From the NCBI RefSeq assembly GCF_000026545.1, contig NC_011601.1: a stretch of DNA of 64,000 nt; one strand, 5' to 3'. Below the pieces are notes generated by a model. That model ran no database searches and was not told the DNA's origin. It was given only the letters and a program-made list of their open reading frames with translations. This DNA is from Escherichia coli O127:H6 str. E2348/69. Its GTDB lineage: Bacteria > Pseudomonadota > Gammaproteobacteria > Enterobacterales > Enterobacteriaceae. Shown here piece by piece: positions 27,305 to 39,294 of this stretch. Numbering within the stretch: position 1 is the stretch's first letter; every line of letters begins with the position of its first letter. A program made the translations under genes and the position numbers.

Positions 27305-27792
27305 TGAAACTGGCCCTGACACTGGAAGCCGACAGCGTTAACGTACAGGCACTGAACATGGGGCGCATTGTCGTTGACGTCGATGGTATTGAGCTCGCTG
27401 AACTGATTAACATGGTCTGCGATAACGGCTACTCCCTTCGTGTTGTTGATGAATCTGACCAGACCTCAGCAGAATGCACGCCACCATTTGCTACCCTTAC
27501 CGGCATACGCTGCAGTACCGCACATATCACGGAAACGGACAACGCCTGGTTGTACTCGCTGTCACACCAGACCAGTGACTTCGGTGAATCAGAATGGATT
27601 CATTTTACAGGTAGCGGATATCTGTTACGTACCGATGCGTGGTCATACCCGGTTCTGCGGCTTAAACGCCTGGGGCTGTCAAAAACGTTCCGTCGTCTGG
27701 TCGTCACACTCATCCGGCGTTATGGCGTCAGTCTCATTCATCTGGATGCCAGCGCTGAATGCCTGCCGGGTTTACCCACTTTCGACTGGTAA
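27301..27792 (+). CDS. YeeW-like protein (DUF5983-type), overlapping the cbtA stop
   Basis: 163 aa with an ATGA overlap. Position and sequence are typical of the gene that follows cbtA in CP4-type islands. Confidence 0.7.
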   Translation: MMKLALTLEADSVNVQALNMGRIVVDVDGIELAELINMVCDNGYSLRVVDESDQTSAECTPPFATLTGIRCSTAHITETDNAWLYSLSHQTSDFGESEWIHFTGSGYLLRTDAWSYPVLRLKRLGLSKTFRRLVVTLIRRYGVSLIHLDASAECLPGLPTFDW

Positions 27793-27803
27793 CCAGGAAC
27801 AAC

Positions 27804-28001
27804 ATGAAATCATTAACCACGGAAACAGCGCTGGATATTCTGATTGCGTGGCTGCAGGACAATATCGACTGCGGATCGGGAATTATCTTTGACAACGATG
27901 AGGATAAAACGGATTCAGCAGCACTGTTGCCCTGTATCGAACAGGCCCGGGAGGATGTCCGTACCCTGCGTCATCTGCAGCTTCTGCACCAGAACCGGTG
28001 A
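27804..28001 (+). CDS. DUF957-type small protein
   Basis: MKSLTTETALDILIAWLQDNIDCGSGIIFDNDEDKTDSAALLPCIEQAREDVRTLRHLQLLHQNR, starting at the ATG at 27804 within ORF 27759..28001. Confidence 0.65.
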   Translation: MKSLTTETALDILIAWLQDNIDCGSGIIFDNDEDKTDSAALLPCIEQAREDVRTLRHLQLLHQNR

Positions 28002-28030
28002 AGCTCACTCACCAGGCTTCATTCCTCTGA

Positions 28031-28057
28031 CGCCAGCCTGCACAGGGCTGGCGTTTT
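28031..28057 (+). terminator. Rho-independent terminator
   Basis: cgccagcc-tgcacag-ggctggcg followed by TTTT. Confidence 0.65.
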
Positions 28058-28085
28058 CATTTATCTGCAAAAAGGAATATCGATT

Positions 28086-28928
28086 ATGTCAGATATCACA
28101 ATCTCCCGTCCGGAAGTGGTCAACGGGCATACGGACGTTATCTGCTCAACCAGCATTCGCCACATTCTGGCTGTACGAAAGAGTACACTGTTGCAAATCG
28201 ACACACTTATCCGACAACTGGCTGAAATCTCGGTGCTGACGGAAAGCATCGGAGGTAAAACTGCCCCGGACTGGGCCATGAAACAGGATTTTCGCTGCGG
28301 CTGCTGGCTGATGGAGAAACCCGAAACAGCAATGAAAGCCATTACCCGGAATCTTGATCGCGAAATCTGGCGTGACCTGATGCAACGTTCCGGGATGCTG
28401 TCATTAATGGATACGCAGGCCCGTGATACATGGTACCGGTCACTGGAGTACGATAATTTTCCGGAAATCAGCGAAGCGAACATTCTGAGCACATTTGAAC
28501 AACTGCACCAGAATAAGGATGAGGTGTTTGAGCGAGGGGTGATCAACGTCTTCAGAGGGCTGAACTGGAATTACAAAACCAATTGCCCCTGTAAATTTGG
28601 CAGTAAAATTATCGTCAACAATCTGGTGAGATGGGACCGGTGGGGATTTCATCTTATCACCGGACAACAGGCTGACCGACTCGCCGATCTGGAAAGAATG
28701 TTGCACCTGTTCAGCGGTAAACCAATCCCCGACAACCGGGGAAACATCACCCTTCGTCTGGATGATCACATTCAGTCTGTTCAGGGTAAAGAGAGCTATG
28801 AAGATGAGATGTTCAGCATCAGATACTTTAAGAAGGGCTCCGCGCATATCACGTTCAGAAAGCCAGAACTGGTTGACAGACTGAATGATATTATCGCAAA
28901 ACACTATCCTGATATGCTGGCAGTATAG
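28086..28928 (+). CDS. DUF4942-type protein, the terminal gene of CP4-type islands
   Basis: 280 aa. I recognise it as the conserved last gene of this island family. Its function is unknown. Confidence 0.65.
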   Translation: MSDITISRPEVVNGHTDVICSTSIRHILAVRKSTLLQIDTLIRQLAEISVLTESIGGKTAPDWAMKQDFRCGCWLMEKPETAMKAITRNLDREIWRDLMQRSGMLSLMDTQARDTWYRSLEYDNFPEISEANILSTFEQLHQNKDEVFERGVINVFRGLNWNYKTNCPCKFGSKIIVNNLVRWDRWGFHLITGQQADRLADLERMLHLFSGKPIPDNRGNITLRLDDHIQSVQGKESYEDEMFSIRYFKKGSAHITFRKPELVDRLNDIIAKHYPDMLAV

Positions 28929-29035
28929 CTTTGCCAGTATGCTCAAAGATCGGAAATTGTCCGATAAGATATGATCGCGGGGCATATAAACCGGTTTCAG
29001 ATGGCATACCCGATGGCATACTGTCTGGAAGGAAA

Positions 29036-29069
29036 AATAAAAAAGCGCATGTTAAACAATAACATGCGC
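29036..29069 (-). terminator. serX terminator
   Basis: The minus strand reads gcgcatgtta-ttgtt-taacatgcgc followed by TTTTTTATTTTT. It begins 8 nt after the tRNA 3' end. Confidence 0.75.
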
Positions 29070-29077
29070 TTATAATC

Positions 29078-29165
29078 TGGCGGTGAGGGGGGGATTCGAA
29101 CCCCCGATACGTTGCCGTATACACACTTTCCAGGCGTGCTCCTTCAGCCACTCGGACACCTCACC
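29078..29165 (-). tRNA. serX: tRNA-Ser (anticodon GGA)
   Basis: The reverse complement reads GGTGAGGTGTCCGAGTGGCTGAAGGAGCACGCCTGGAAAGTGTGTATACGGCAACGTATCGGGGGTTCGAATCCCCCCCTCACCGCCA (88 nt). It has a long variable arm and an encoded CCA. Its position upstream of ghrA identifies serX. Confidence 0.95.
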
Positions 29166-29199
29166 AAATTGTCGTTCCTGTCTTGCTGGAACGGGCGCT

Positions 29200-29228
29200 A
29201 ATTTAGGGAAATCATGACCTGAGGTCAA
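29200..29228 (-). promoter_or_regulatory. Probable serX promoter
   Basis: On the minus strand: TTGACC (29228-29223), a 17-nt spacer, TAAATT (29205-29200), then a GC-rich discriminator (AGCGCCCG) typical of stringently controlled tRNA promoters. Confidence 0.5.
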
Positions 29229-29346
29229 CAAACTTTTTTAAAAAATCGCTCGATTATTCAAACTTCAAGCAATATGCAGTTTTAATAAGCGAAATTTGCT
29301 TTTTTTGCCACCGACCACGGATTTGTTATGCTGGTGGCCTTTGTAG

Positions 29347-30336
<990 letters not shown>

Positions 30337-30390
30337 TAAAGCATCTGGTTTCCTGCTATCCTTGGCGGGAATTGAATACAGGAGAGAGTT

Positions 30391-31128
30391 ATGTATCCCG
30401 TCGACCTTCATATGCATACCGTTGCCAGCACGCATGCATATAGCACATTGAGTGATTACATTGCCCAGGCCAAACAAAAGGGCATTAAACTTTTTGCGAT
30501 CACCGATCATGGCCCGGATATGGAAGATGCGCCGCATCACTGGCACTTCATTAACATGCGTATCTGGCCGCGAGTGGTTGATGGGGTAGGGATCCTGCGC
30601 GGCATCGAAGCTAACATTAAAAATGTTGATGGTGAAATTGACTGCAGCGGCAAAATGTTTGATTCGCTGGATCTGATTATTGCCGGTTTTCATGAGCCGG
30701 TTTTTGCGCCACATGACAAAGCGACCAATACAAAAGCGATGATCGCCACTATCGCCAGCGGCAATGTTCATATAATAAGTCATCCCGGAAATCCACGGTA
30801 TCCAATTGATTTTAAAGCTGTTTCTGAAGCTGCAGTGAAACATCAGGTGGCGCTGGAAATCAATAATTCCTCATTTTTACACTCACGTAAGGGCAGTGAA
30901 GACAACTGTCGTGCGGTAGCCGCAGCGGTACGTGACGCTGGAGGTTGGGTGGCATTAGGCTCGGATTCTCACACTGCGTTTACCATGGGGGAATTTGAAG
31001 AGTGTCTTAAAATCCTCGACGCGGTAGATTTTCCGCCAGAGCGCATTTTGAATGTTTCTCCGCGCCGCTTACTTAACTTCCTTGAATCTCGCGGTATGGC
31101 ACCGATTGCGGAATTTGCAGACCTTTAA
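30391..31128 (+). CDS. ycdX: PHP-family zinc phosphatase YcdX
   Basis: 245 aa, [20 protein letters not shown]... with a PHP-domain His cluster. Conserved synteny. Confidence 0.95.
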   Translation: MYPVDLHMHTVASTHAYSTLSDYIAQAKQKGIKLFAITDHGPDMEDAPHHWHFINMRIWPRVVDGVGILRGIEANIKNVDGEIDCSGKMFDSLDLIIAGFHEPVFAPHDKATNTKAMIATIASGNVHIISHPGNPRYPIDFKAVSEAAVKHQVALEINNSSFLHSRKGSEDNCRAVAAAVRDAGGWVALGSDSHTAFTMGEFEECLKILDAVDFPPERILNVSPRRLLNFLESRGMAPIAEFADL

Positions 31129-31151
31129 TTACTAGTAATGGAAATATATTA

Positions 31152-31706
31152 ATGAATGAGTTTTCTATCCTCTGTCGTGTGCTGGGTTCGCTCTATTACC
31201 GCCAACCGCAAGATCCTTTACTGGTGCCGTTGTTTACCCTGATTCGTGAGGGGAAACTGGCTGCGAACTGGCCACTGGAGCAGGATGAGTTACTGACGCG
31301 TTTACAGAAAAGCTGTGATATGACGCAAGTCTCTGCCGATTACAATGCGTTGTTTATCGGCGATGAATGTGCTGTGCCGCCATATCGTAGCGCATGGGTT
31401 GAGGGCGCAACGGAAGCGGAAGTGCGCGCTTTTCTTTCCGAACGAGGGATGCCACTAGCGGATACGCCAGCCGATCACATCGGCACATTGCTGCTTGCGG
31501 CTTCCTGGCTGGAAGATCAGTCAACGGAAGATGAGAGCGAAGCACTGGAAACACTGTTCAGTGAGTATCTGTTACCCTGGTGTGGTGCGTTCCTTGGCAA
31601 AGTGGAGGCCCATGCAACTACGCCTTTCTGGCGCACCATGGCACCGCTAACCCGCGATGCTATTAGTGCAATGTGGGACGAGCTGGAAGAAGATTCTGAA
31701 GAGTAA
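31152..31706 (+). CDS. ycdY: Chaperone YcdY (TorD/DmsD-like)
   Basis: 184 aa. Matches K-12 YcdY and the synteny. Confidence 0.9.
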   Translation: MNEFSILCRVLGSLYYRQPQDPLLVPLFTLIREGKLAANWPLEQDELLTRLQKSCDMTQVSADYNALFIGDECAVPPYRSAWVEGATEAEVRAFLSERGMPLADTPADHIGTLLLAASWLEDQSTEDESEALETLFSEYLLPWCGAFLGKVEAHATTPFWRTMAPLTRDAISAMWDELEEDSEE

Positions 31707-31807
31707 ATGTGATCTGCATCACTCATAACTGCAACGGGTAATTTGTTGTTGCATAAAATGTGTGCTCGATCTCATTCATGGCCGCGTTTTCTGCTATCAT
31801 GCGCGGC

Positions 31808-32299
31808 ATGAACATACTTCTCTCTATTGCAATCACAACAGGCATTCTCTCCGGTATCTGGGGATGGGTGGCTGTTTCCCTGGGCTTACTAAGCTGGGCG
31901 GGCTTCCTGGGCTGTACGGCCTACTTTGCCTGCCCGCAAGGTGGGCTGAAAGGGCTGGCGATCTCCGCTGCAACCCTGCTTAGTGGCGTGGTGTGGGCGA
32001 TGGTCATTATTTACGGTAGTGCACTGGCACCACATCTGGAAATACTTGGTTATGTCATAACCGGTATTGTCGCGTTTCTGATGTGTATCCAGGCCAAACA
32101 GCTGCTGCTTTCATTTGTTCCGGGGACGTTTATAGGCGCATGCGCGACGTTTGCCGGGCAGGGTGACTGGAAACTGGTGTTACCTTCGCTGGCGCTTGGA
32201 CTGGTATTTGGTTACGCAATGAAAAACAGCGGCCTGTGGTTGGCGGCGCGTAGTGCAAAGACGGCTCACCGTGAGCAGCAAATCAAAAATAAAGCGTGA
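31808..32299 (+). CDS. ycdZ: Inner-membrane protein YcdZ (DUF1097)
   Basis: MNILLSIAITTGILSGIWGW... starts at the internal ATG at 31808 of ORF 31760..32299 (163 aa, as in K-12). Confidence 0.85.
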   Translation: MNILLSIAITTGILSGIWGWVAVSLGLLSWAGFLGCTAYFACPQGGLKGLAISAATLLSGVVWAMVIIYGSALAPHLEILGYVITGIVAFLMCIQAKQLLLSFVPGTFIGACATFAGQGDWKLVLPSLALGLVFGYAMKNSGLWLAARSAKTAHREQQIKNKA

Positions 32300-32362
32300 G
32301 GGGCACTCACGCTTTCGCTTAAACCGTAAAATGCCGGATGATAATTCCGGCTTTTTTATCTA

Positions 32363-33196
32363 TCAGGATTCCGGTGGAACCGACATATGGCGGTATTTCA
32401 CCAGAATGTCATTCTGCCGTTCTGCTTTATTTTGCAAATCCCACAGACCACGGTCGATACCATCATTAATCAGGAAAATGACCCCTGTTTCGATAGCCGA
32501 CATCAGGCACAGCATAACAGGTTCGTTCGAGGTGTAACCCACTTCCCCTTCCAGCAAGCGCTGGTAGTCAATAAAGCGGAAAACCCCGGCCTGAACTTCA
32601 TAAGAAAGTATCGTCTTACTGGTGTTCACCGAGGAGAGGATCTCACCGGTACTCACATTGACGACGCGCAGGTTCACGGCAATCTGATCGAGCTGGTATT
32701 GCGTGTCGGCACCGATCCCAAAATATCTTGCCCCAACCCCGCCCGATTTGACGTTGCTTTCATAACCGATAATCGAACCTTCAACCATGATATTTGCCGC
32801 CGTTAAAGATTGCAGCGGGATTCGGTTATTAATGGCAACTGTGCCGTTTTCTTGTGCCGCACGAATAATCTTGCGCTCGTTAAGCAGATTTTGTAAGCCC
32901 TGGCGCTCCAGCGGTATAAACCAGCGAGAATCTTTCAATGCCGTGACCAGCATTGCCGTGGCGCTTTGCGGAACAGCAGTGGAGAAGTTACTTGCCGGGT
33001 AGGGTTTAAATTGCCCGGTTTCGTCCTGAATGTTGTATACCGAAACAAAGATCTTACCCGTCGGCGCTGGCAGATGGGTCAAATCTTTGTAGCTCTGAGC
33101 ACGAGGCATTAATGTCGGTCTGGCGGCTTCTTTAGGCGGGGCGGTTAAGCATCCGCTCAGTAACATGACGGCAACCAAAAGAAATAAGCGCTGCAT
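32363..33196 (-). CDS. csgG: Curli secretion channel lipoprotein CsgG
   Basis: 277 aa with the lipobox LLSGC. Matches K-12 CsgG. Confidence 0.97.
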   Translation of the reverse strand: MQRLFLLVAVMLLSGCLTAPPKEAARPTLMPRAQSYKDLTHLPAPTGKIFVSVYNIQDETGQFKPYPASNFSTAVPQSATAMLVTALKDSRWFIPLERQGLQNLLNERKIIRAAQENGTVAINNRIPLQSLTAANIMVEGSIIGYESNVKSGGVGARYFGIGADTQYQLDQIAVNLRVVNVSTGEILSSVNTSKTILSYEVQAGVFRFIDYQRLLEGEVGYTSNEPVMLCLMSAIETGVIFLINDGIDRGLWDLQNKAERQNDILVKYRHMSVPPES

Positions 33197-33222
33197 GATT
33201 ATTTTCCTTATGAAGCTGGGGC

Positions 33223-33639
33223 TTAAAAATCGGTTGAGTTATTTTGTAAACCCGAAACCTGGATGGTCGAGGTTTGTCCGGTTTTACGATCTGTCACGTT
33301 CAACTGCAATTGACCATCGCGGTTAGCAATATCAACAATATAATCGTTGGTCACCATGCGGCCCGGTTTACCGGTATTAATATTCGACAGTAGCCCACCC
33401 AAAATTTGTGACTGGATGGCCTGAGTAAAGTTATCTAACGCTGATGGCGTTTCAATACCAAAGTCATCGCTATAGCTCGGATCTTTATAAGAGTTTTGTG
33501 CCTGGGCGCTATTTAATAAAAAAGCACCGTTATTTGGGTTACCACCAAAGTTTGGATTACGGAACTGGAAAGTCATGGTTCCAGCCCAACTTAATGGCGA
33601 AATAAGCATGAGTAGAACTACTGCATGTTTGACACGCAT
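33223..33639 (-). CDS. csgF: Curli assembly component CsgF
   Basis: 138 aa. Matches K-12 CsgF. Confidence 0.97.
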   Translation of the reverse strand: MRVKHAVVLLMLISPLSWAGTMTFQFRNPNFGGNPNNGAFLLNSAQAQNSYKDPSYSDDFGIETPSALDNFTQAIQSQILGGLLSNINTGKPGRMVTNDYIVDIANRDGQLQLNVTDRKTGQTSTIQVSGLQNNSTDF

Positions 33640-33663
33640 TGCAGCCTCCGAACAATTTTTTAT

Positions 33664-34053
33664 TTAAAATTCATCATGCGCCAAATCGCCCGTACTTAAT
33701 AACGCCTGATTTATCTGGCGACGATTTAGTGCTTCTTCAGTTTGAATCAGTGCAAAGACGACAGTTTTCTCGAAGTCTCTTTTCAACGGAAATAAAAAAG
33801 TCTGGAAAATAACGTCCTGATTCACCGTTATTGTGATCCAGCTTCCCCATCGTGCACTGGGCCTTTCATTAATCGTTAAGTTACCCGTATAGTCACTTTC
33901 CCATTTATCACTAAAGGCTCGGTAAAAATCATGGCCAATAGATGAAACAGTATGGTCAGTTAACAATCCCGGGACTTCTACCTCAACGGCGTGAAGATTC
34001 CCTGCGGCGAACAGAAATTCTGCCGCCACAATCCAGCGTAAATAACGTTTCAT
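33664..34053 (-). CDS. csgE: Curli secretion specificity factor CsgE
   Basis: 129 aa. Matches K-12 CsgE. Confidence 0.97.
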
Positions 34054-34057
34054 GGCT

Positions 34058-34708
<651 letters not shown>

Positions 34709-35461
34709 GATGAAACCCCACTTTTTTTATTGATCGCACACCTGACAGCTGCCTCTAAAATAGAAGCACCAGAAGTACTGACAGATGTTGCACTGCTGTG
34801 TGTAGTAATAAATCAGCCCTAAATGGGTAAAATATAAAACTAATGGATTACATCTGATTTCAATCTAGCCATTACAAATCTTAAATCAAGTGTTAAACAT
34901 GTAACTAAATGTAACTCGTTATATTAAAATGTTAACCTTAAGGTTTTATTAAGTTTAGAAATGATAGAAAAGTTGTACATTTGGTTTTTATTGCACAATT
35001 TTAAAAAATCATACAAATGGTGCTAACTTACTAATAATGCATATAAAAAATATTTCGCTGTAGTCCTTTCGTCATGTAAAACGTTCTTGTTTTTTCTCCA
35101 TACCACCGTGGACAATTTTTTACTGCAAAAAGACGAGGTTTGTCACGGCTTGTGCGCAAGACATATCGCAGCAATCAGCGACGGGCAAGAAGAATGACTG
35201 TCTGGTGATTTTTGATAGCGGAAAACGGAGATTTAAAAGAAAACAAAATATTTTTTGCGTAGATAACAGCGTATTTACGTGGGTTTTAATACTTTGGTAT
35301 GAACAAAAAAAGAAAAATACAACGCGCGGGTGAGTTATTAAAAATATTTCCGCAGACATACTTTCCATCGTAACGCAGCGTTGACAAAATACAGGTTGCG
35401 TTAACAACCAAGTTGAAATGATTTAATTTCTTAAATGTACGACCAGGTCCAGGGTGACAAC
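34709..35461. promoter_or_regulatory. Divergent csgDEFG / csgBAC intergenic control region
   Basis: A 753-bp, very AT-rich spacer between divergent curli operons. It is known as a multi-regulator hub (RpoS, OmpR, IHF, MlrA, CpxR, and sRNAs acting on the csgD leader). I did not map individual sites. Confidence 0.8.
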
Positions 35462-35917
35462 ATGAAAAACAAATTGTTATTTATGATGTTAACAATACTG
35501 GGTGCGCCTGGGATTGCAGCCGCAGCAGGTTATGATTTAGCTAATTCAGAATATAACTTCGCGGTAAATGAATTGAGTAAGTCTTCATTTAATCAGGCAG
35601 CCATAATTGGTCAAGCTGGGACTAATAATAGTGCTCAGTTACGGCAGGGAGGCTCAAAACTTTTGGCGGTTGTTGCGCAAGAAGGTAGTAGCAACCGGGC
35701 AAAGATTGACCAGACAGGAGATTATAACCTTGCATATATTGATCAGGCGGGCAGTGCCAACGATGCCAGTATTTCGCAAGGTGCTTATGGTAATACTGCG
35801 ATGATTATCCAGAAAGGTTCTGGTAATAAAGCAAATATTACACAGTATGGTACTCAAAAAACGGCAATTGTAGTGCAGAGACAGTCGCAAATGGCTATTC
35901 GCGTGACACAACGTTAA
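35462..35917 (+). CDS. csgB: Minor curlin nucleator CsgB
   Basis: MKNKLLFMMLTILGAPGIAAA... (151 aa) from the internal ATG at 35462 of ORF 35435..35917. Confidence 0.95.
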   Translation: MKNKLLFMMLTILGAPGIAAAAGYDLANSEYNFAVNELSKSSFNQAAIIGQAGTNNSAQLRQGGSKLLAVVAQEGSSNRAKIDQTGDYNLAYIDQAGSANDASISQGAYGNTAMIIQKGSGNKANITQYGTQKTAIVVQRQSQMAIRVTQR

Positions 35918-35957
35918 TTTCCATTCGACTTTTAAATCAATCCGATGGGGGTTTTAC

Positions 35958-36413
35958 ATGAAACTTTTAAAAGTAGCAGCAATTGCAGCAATCGTATTCT
36001 CTGGTAGCGCTCTGGCAGGTGTTGTTCCTCAGTACGGCGGCGGCGGTAACCACGGTGGTGGCGGTAATAATAGCGGCCCAAATTCAGAGCTGAACATTTA
36101 CCAGTACGGTGGCGGTAACTCTGCTCTTGCTCTGCAAGCTGACGCCCGTAACTCTGATCTGACCATTACCCAGCACGGCGGCGGTAACGGCGCAGATGTT
36201 GGCCAAGGTTCTGATGACAGCTCAATCGATCTGACTCAGCGTGGTTTCGGCAACAGCGCTACTCTTGATCAGTGGAATGGTAAAGATTCTACTATGACTG
36301 TTAAACAGTTCGGTGGCGGTAACGGTGCTGCTGTTGACCAGACTGCATCTAACTCCAGCGTTAACGTCACTCAGGTTGGCTTTGGTAACAACGCGACCGC
36401 TCATCAGTACTAA
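35958..36413 (+). CDS. csgA: Major curlin subunit CsgA
   Basis: 151 aa with five imperfect S-X5-Q-X-G-X-G-N-X-A-X3-Q amyloid repeats. Confidence 0.97.
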   Translation: MKLLKVAAIAAIVFSGSALAGVVPQYGGGGNHGGGGNNSGPNSELNIYQYGGGNSALALQADARNSDLTITQHGGGNGADVGQGSDDSSIDLTQRGFGNSATLDQWNGKDSTMTVKQFGGGNGAAVDQTASNSSVNVTQVGFGNNATAHQY

Positions 36414-36433
36414 TACATCCTCTGTATTAAAGA

Positions 36434-36459
36434 AACAGGGCGCAAGCCCTGTTTTTTTT
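36434..36459 (+). terminator. Hairpin plus U-tract after csgA
   Basis: aacagggc-gcaa-gccctgtt followed by TTTTTT. Confidence 0.7.
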
Positions 36460-36471
36460 CGGGAGAAGAAT

Positions 36472-37236
<765 letters not shown>

Positions 37237-37330
37237 GTTTCTGAACAACTCACGTTGCTGAGCAGAAAAATGCGATTTAACCAAAAAGCCTGCTGTACAC
37301 TTAAGAAACAAGAAGGTGTAAGGAGGCGTT

Positions 37331-37864
37331 ATGAAAACGCGTATTCATGTTGTGCAGGGTGATATTACCAAACTGGCCGTTGATGTGATTGTGAATGCGG
37401 CTAATCCGTCATTAATGGGAGGCGGCGGCGTCGATGGGGCCATTCATCGCGCAGCGGGTCCGGCGCTGCTGGATGCCTGTTTAAAAGTCAGGCAGCAGCA
37501 GGGCGATTGCCCTACGGGGCATGCCGTTATTACGCTTGCAGGCGATCTTCCCGCTAAAGCCGTAGTGCACACCGTCGGGCCAGTCTGGCGTGGTGGTGAA
37601 CAAAACGAAGACCAGCTTTTGCAGGATGCCTATCTCAATAGCCTACGACTGGTGGCGGCAAACAGCTATACGTCAGTGGCTTTTCCTGCAATCAGTACTG
37701 GGGTTTATGGTTATCCTCGTGCGGCAGCGGCTGAAATCGCAGTAAAAACCGTTTCAGAATTTATTACCCGTCACGCTTTACCCGAACAGGTATACTTTGT
37801 CTGTTATGATGAAGAAAACGCCCACCTCTACGAAAGACTCCTTACCCAACAAGGAGATGAATGA
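37331..37864 (+). CDS. ymdB: Macrodomain protein YmdB (O-acetyl-ADP-ribose deacetylase / RNase III modulator)
   Basis: 177 aa with macrodomain motifs [19 protein letters not shown] and [13 protein letters not shown]. Confidence 0.95.
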
Positions 37865-37865
37865 T

Positions 37866-39287
37866 TTGCCTCGGCTGGCGAGCGCGGTGCTGCCACTGTG
37901 TTCGCAACATCCCGGTCAGTGTGGACTTTTTCCTCTGGAGAAAAGTCTGGATGCGTTTGCCGCCCGGTATCGTCTGGCTGAAATGGCAGAGCATACGCTG
38001 GATGTTCAGTATTACATCTGGCAGGACGATATGTCGGGTCGGTTACTGTTTTCCGCCCTGTTAGCCGCAGCAAAGCGTGGCGTTCGCGTACGTTTGTTGC
38101 TGGACGACAACAATACGCCCGGACTTGATAACATTTTACGCTTGCTTGACAGCCATCCACGCATTGAAGTCCGGCTTTTTAATCCTTTCTCGTTTCGCTT
38201 GCTACGTCCGCTTGGTTATATCACCGACTTTTCCCGTCTCAATCGCCGTATGCACAATAAAAGTTTCACTGTCGATGGCGTGGTGACGCTGGTGGGAGGA
38301 CGAAATATTGGTGATGCCTATTTTGGTGCAGGGGAAGAGCCACTTTTTTCGGATTTAGATGTCATGGCAATAGGAGCCGTGGTAGAGGACGTTGCCGATG
38401 ATTTCGCCCGCTATTGGTATTGCAAATCGGTTTCCCCCTTACAGCAGGTGCTGGATGTCCCGGAAGGTGAAATGGCAGATCGCATCGAGTTACCCGCCTC
38501 CTGGCATAACGATGTCATGACGCATCGTTACTTACGCAAAATGGAATCCAGTCCGTTTATAAATCATCTGGTTGATGGAACGTTGCCGCTTATCTGGGCG
38601 AAAACACGTTTATTAAGTGATGATCCGGCGAAAGGGGAGGGCAAGGCAAAACGGCATTCACTGTTACCGCAGCGCCTGTTCGATATCATGGGCTCACCCA
38701 GTGAACGCATCGATATTATCTCTTCCTATTTTGTACCGACACGTGCAGGTGTGGCGCAACTCTTACGGATGGTGAGAAAAGGGGTAAAGATTGCGATCCT
38801 AACCAATTCTCTTGCCGCTAACGATGTTGCTGTCGTCCATGCAGGATACGCGCGCTGGCGCAAAAAATTGCTCCGCTATGGGGTGGAATTATATGAGCTC
38901 AAGCCGACGCGTGAACAAAGTAGTACGTTACACGATCGCGGCATAACCGGTAATTCAGGGGCCAGCCTGCATGCTAAAACCTTTAGTATCGATGGTAAAA
39001 CGGTGTTTATCGGCTCTTTCAATTTCGATCCGCGTTCAACGTTGCTCAATACTGAAATGGGCTTCGTGATAGAGAGCGAAACGCTGGCACAGTTAATTGA
39101 TAAACGCTTTATTCAGAGCCAGTATGATGCGGCCTGGCAGCTCCGTCTGGACAGGTGGGGACGGATCAACTGGGTTGATCGTCATGCAAAGAAAGAGATT
39201 ATTCTCAAAAAAGAACCCGCCACCAGTTTCTGGAAGCGGGTTATGGTCAAACTGGCGTCGATATTGCCCGTGGAATGGTTATTGTAA
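37866..39287 (+). CDS. clsC: Cardiolipin synthase C (PLD family)
   Basis: Two HKD motifs (MHNKSFTVDG and LHAKTFSIDG). A TTG at 37866 gives the 473-aa K-12-like MPRLASAV start. An alternative ATG at 37857 overlaps the ymdB stop. Confidence 0.9.
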   Translation: MPRLASAVLPLCSQHPGQCGLFPLEKSLDAFAARYRLAEMAEHTLDVQYYIWQDDMSGRLLFSALLAAAKRGVRVRLLLDDNNTPGLDNILRLLDSHPRIEVRLFNPFSFRLLRPLGYITDFSRLNRRMHNKSFTVDGVVTLVGGRNIGDAYFGAGEEPLFSDLDVMAIGAVVEDVADDFARYWYCKSVSPLQQVLDVPEGEMADRIELPASWHNDVMTHRYLRKMESSPFINHLVDGTLPLIWAKTRLLSDDPAKGEGKAKRHSLLPQRLFDIMGSPSERIDIISSYFVPTRAGVAQLLRMVRKGVKIAILTNSLAANDVAVVHAGYARWRKKLLRYGVELYELKPTREQSSTLHDRGITGNSGASLHAKTFSIDGKTVFIGSFNFDPRSTLLNTEMGFVIESETLAQLIDKRFIQSQYDAAWQLRLDRWGRINWVDRHAKKEIILKKEPATSFWKRVMVKLASILPVEWLL

Positions 39288-39294
39288 ACGCGGC

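Noticed and set aside
28891-29151. 86-aa minus-strand ORF
   Set aside because: It runs through the serX tRNA gene and its terminator, so it is not coding.
31354-31726. Small antisense ORFs within ycdY, and similar 60-110-aa ORFs scattered opposite core genes (e.g. 46163..46498, 47577..47942, 51552..51944, 53079..53456)
   Set aside because: All lie opposite or out of frame with strongly supported conserved genes, and none has an independent signal.
35120-35407. 95-aa minus-strand ORF in the csgD-csgB intergenic region
   Set aside because: It lies in the well-known non-coding curli control region, and its AT-rich, Phe/Leu-rich product is implausible.
35462-36413. Internal repeats in csgB and csgA, and in the Ag43 passenger domain at 18170-19380
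   Set aside because: These are the known protein-level amyloid (curlin) and beta-helix autotransporter repeats. They are not novel DNA repeats and not CRISPR-like.
37331-37864. ymdB macrodomain gene as a possible second DarG-like antitoxin
   Set aside because: It is a conserved core gene in its normal ymdA-ymdB-clsC context, with no adjacent DarT-like toxin. The shared macrodomain fold with DarG is coincidental.
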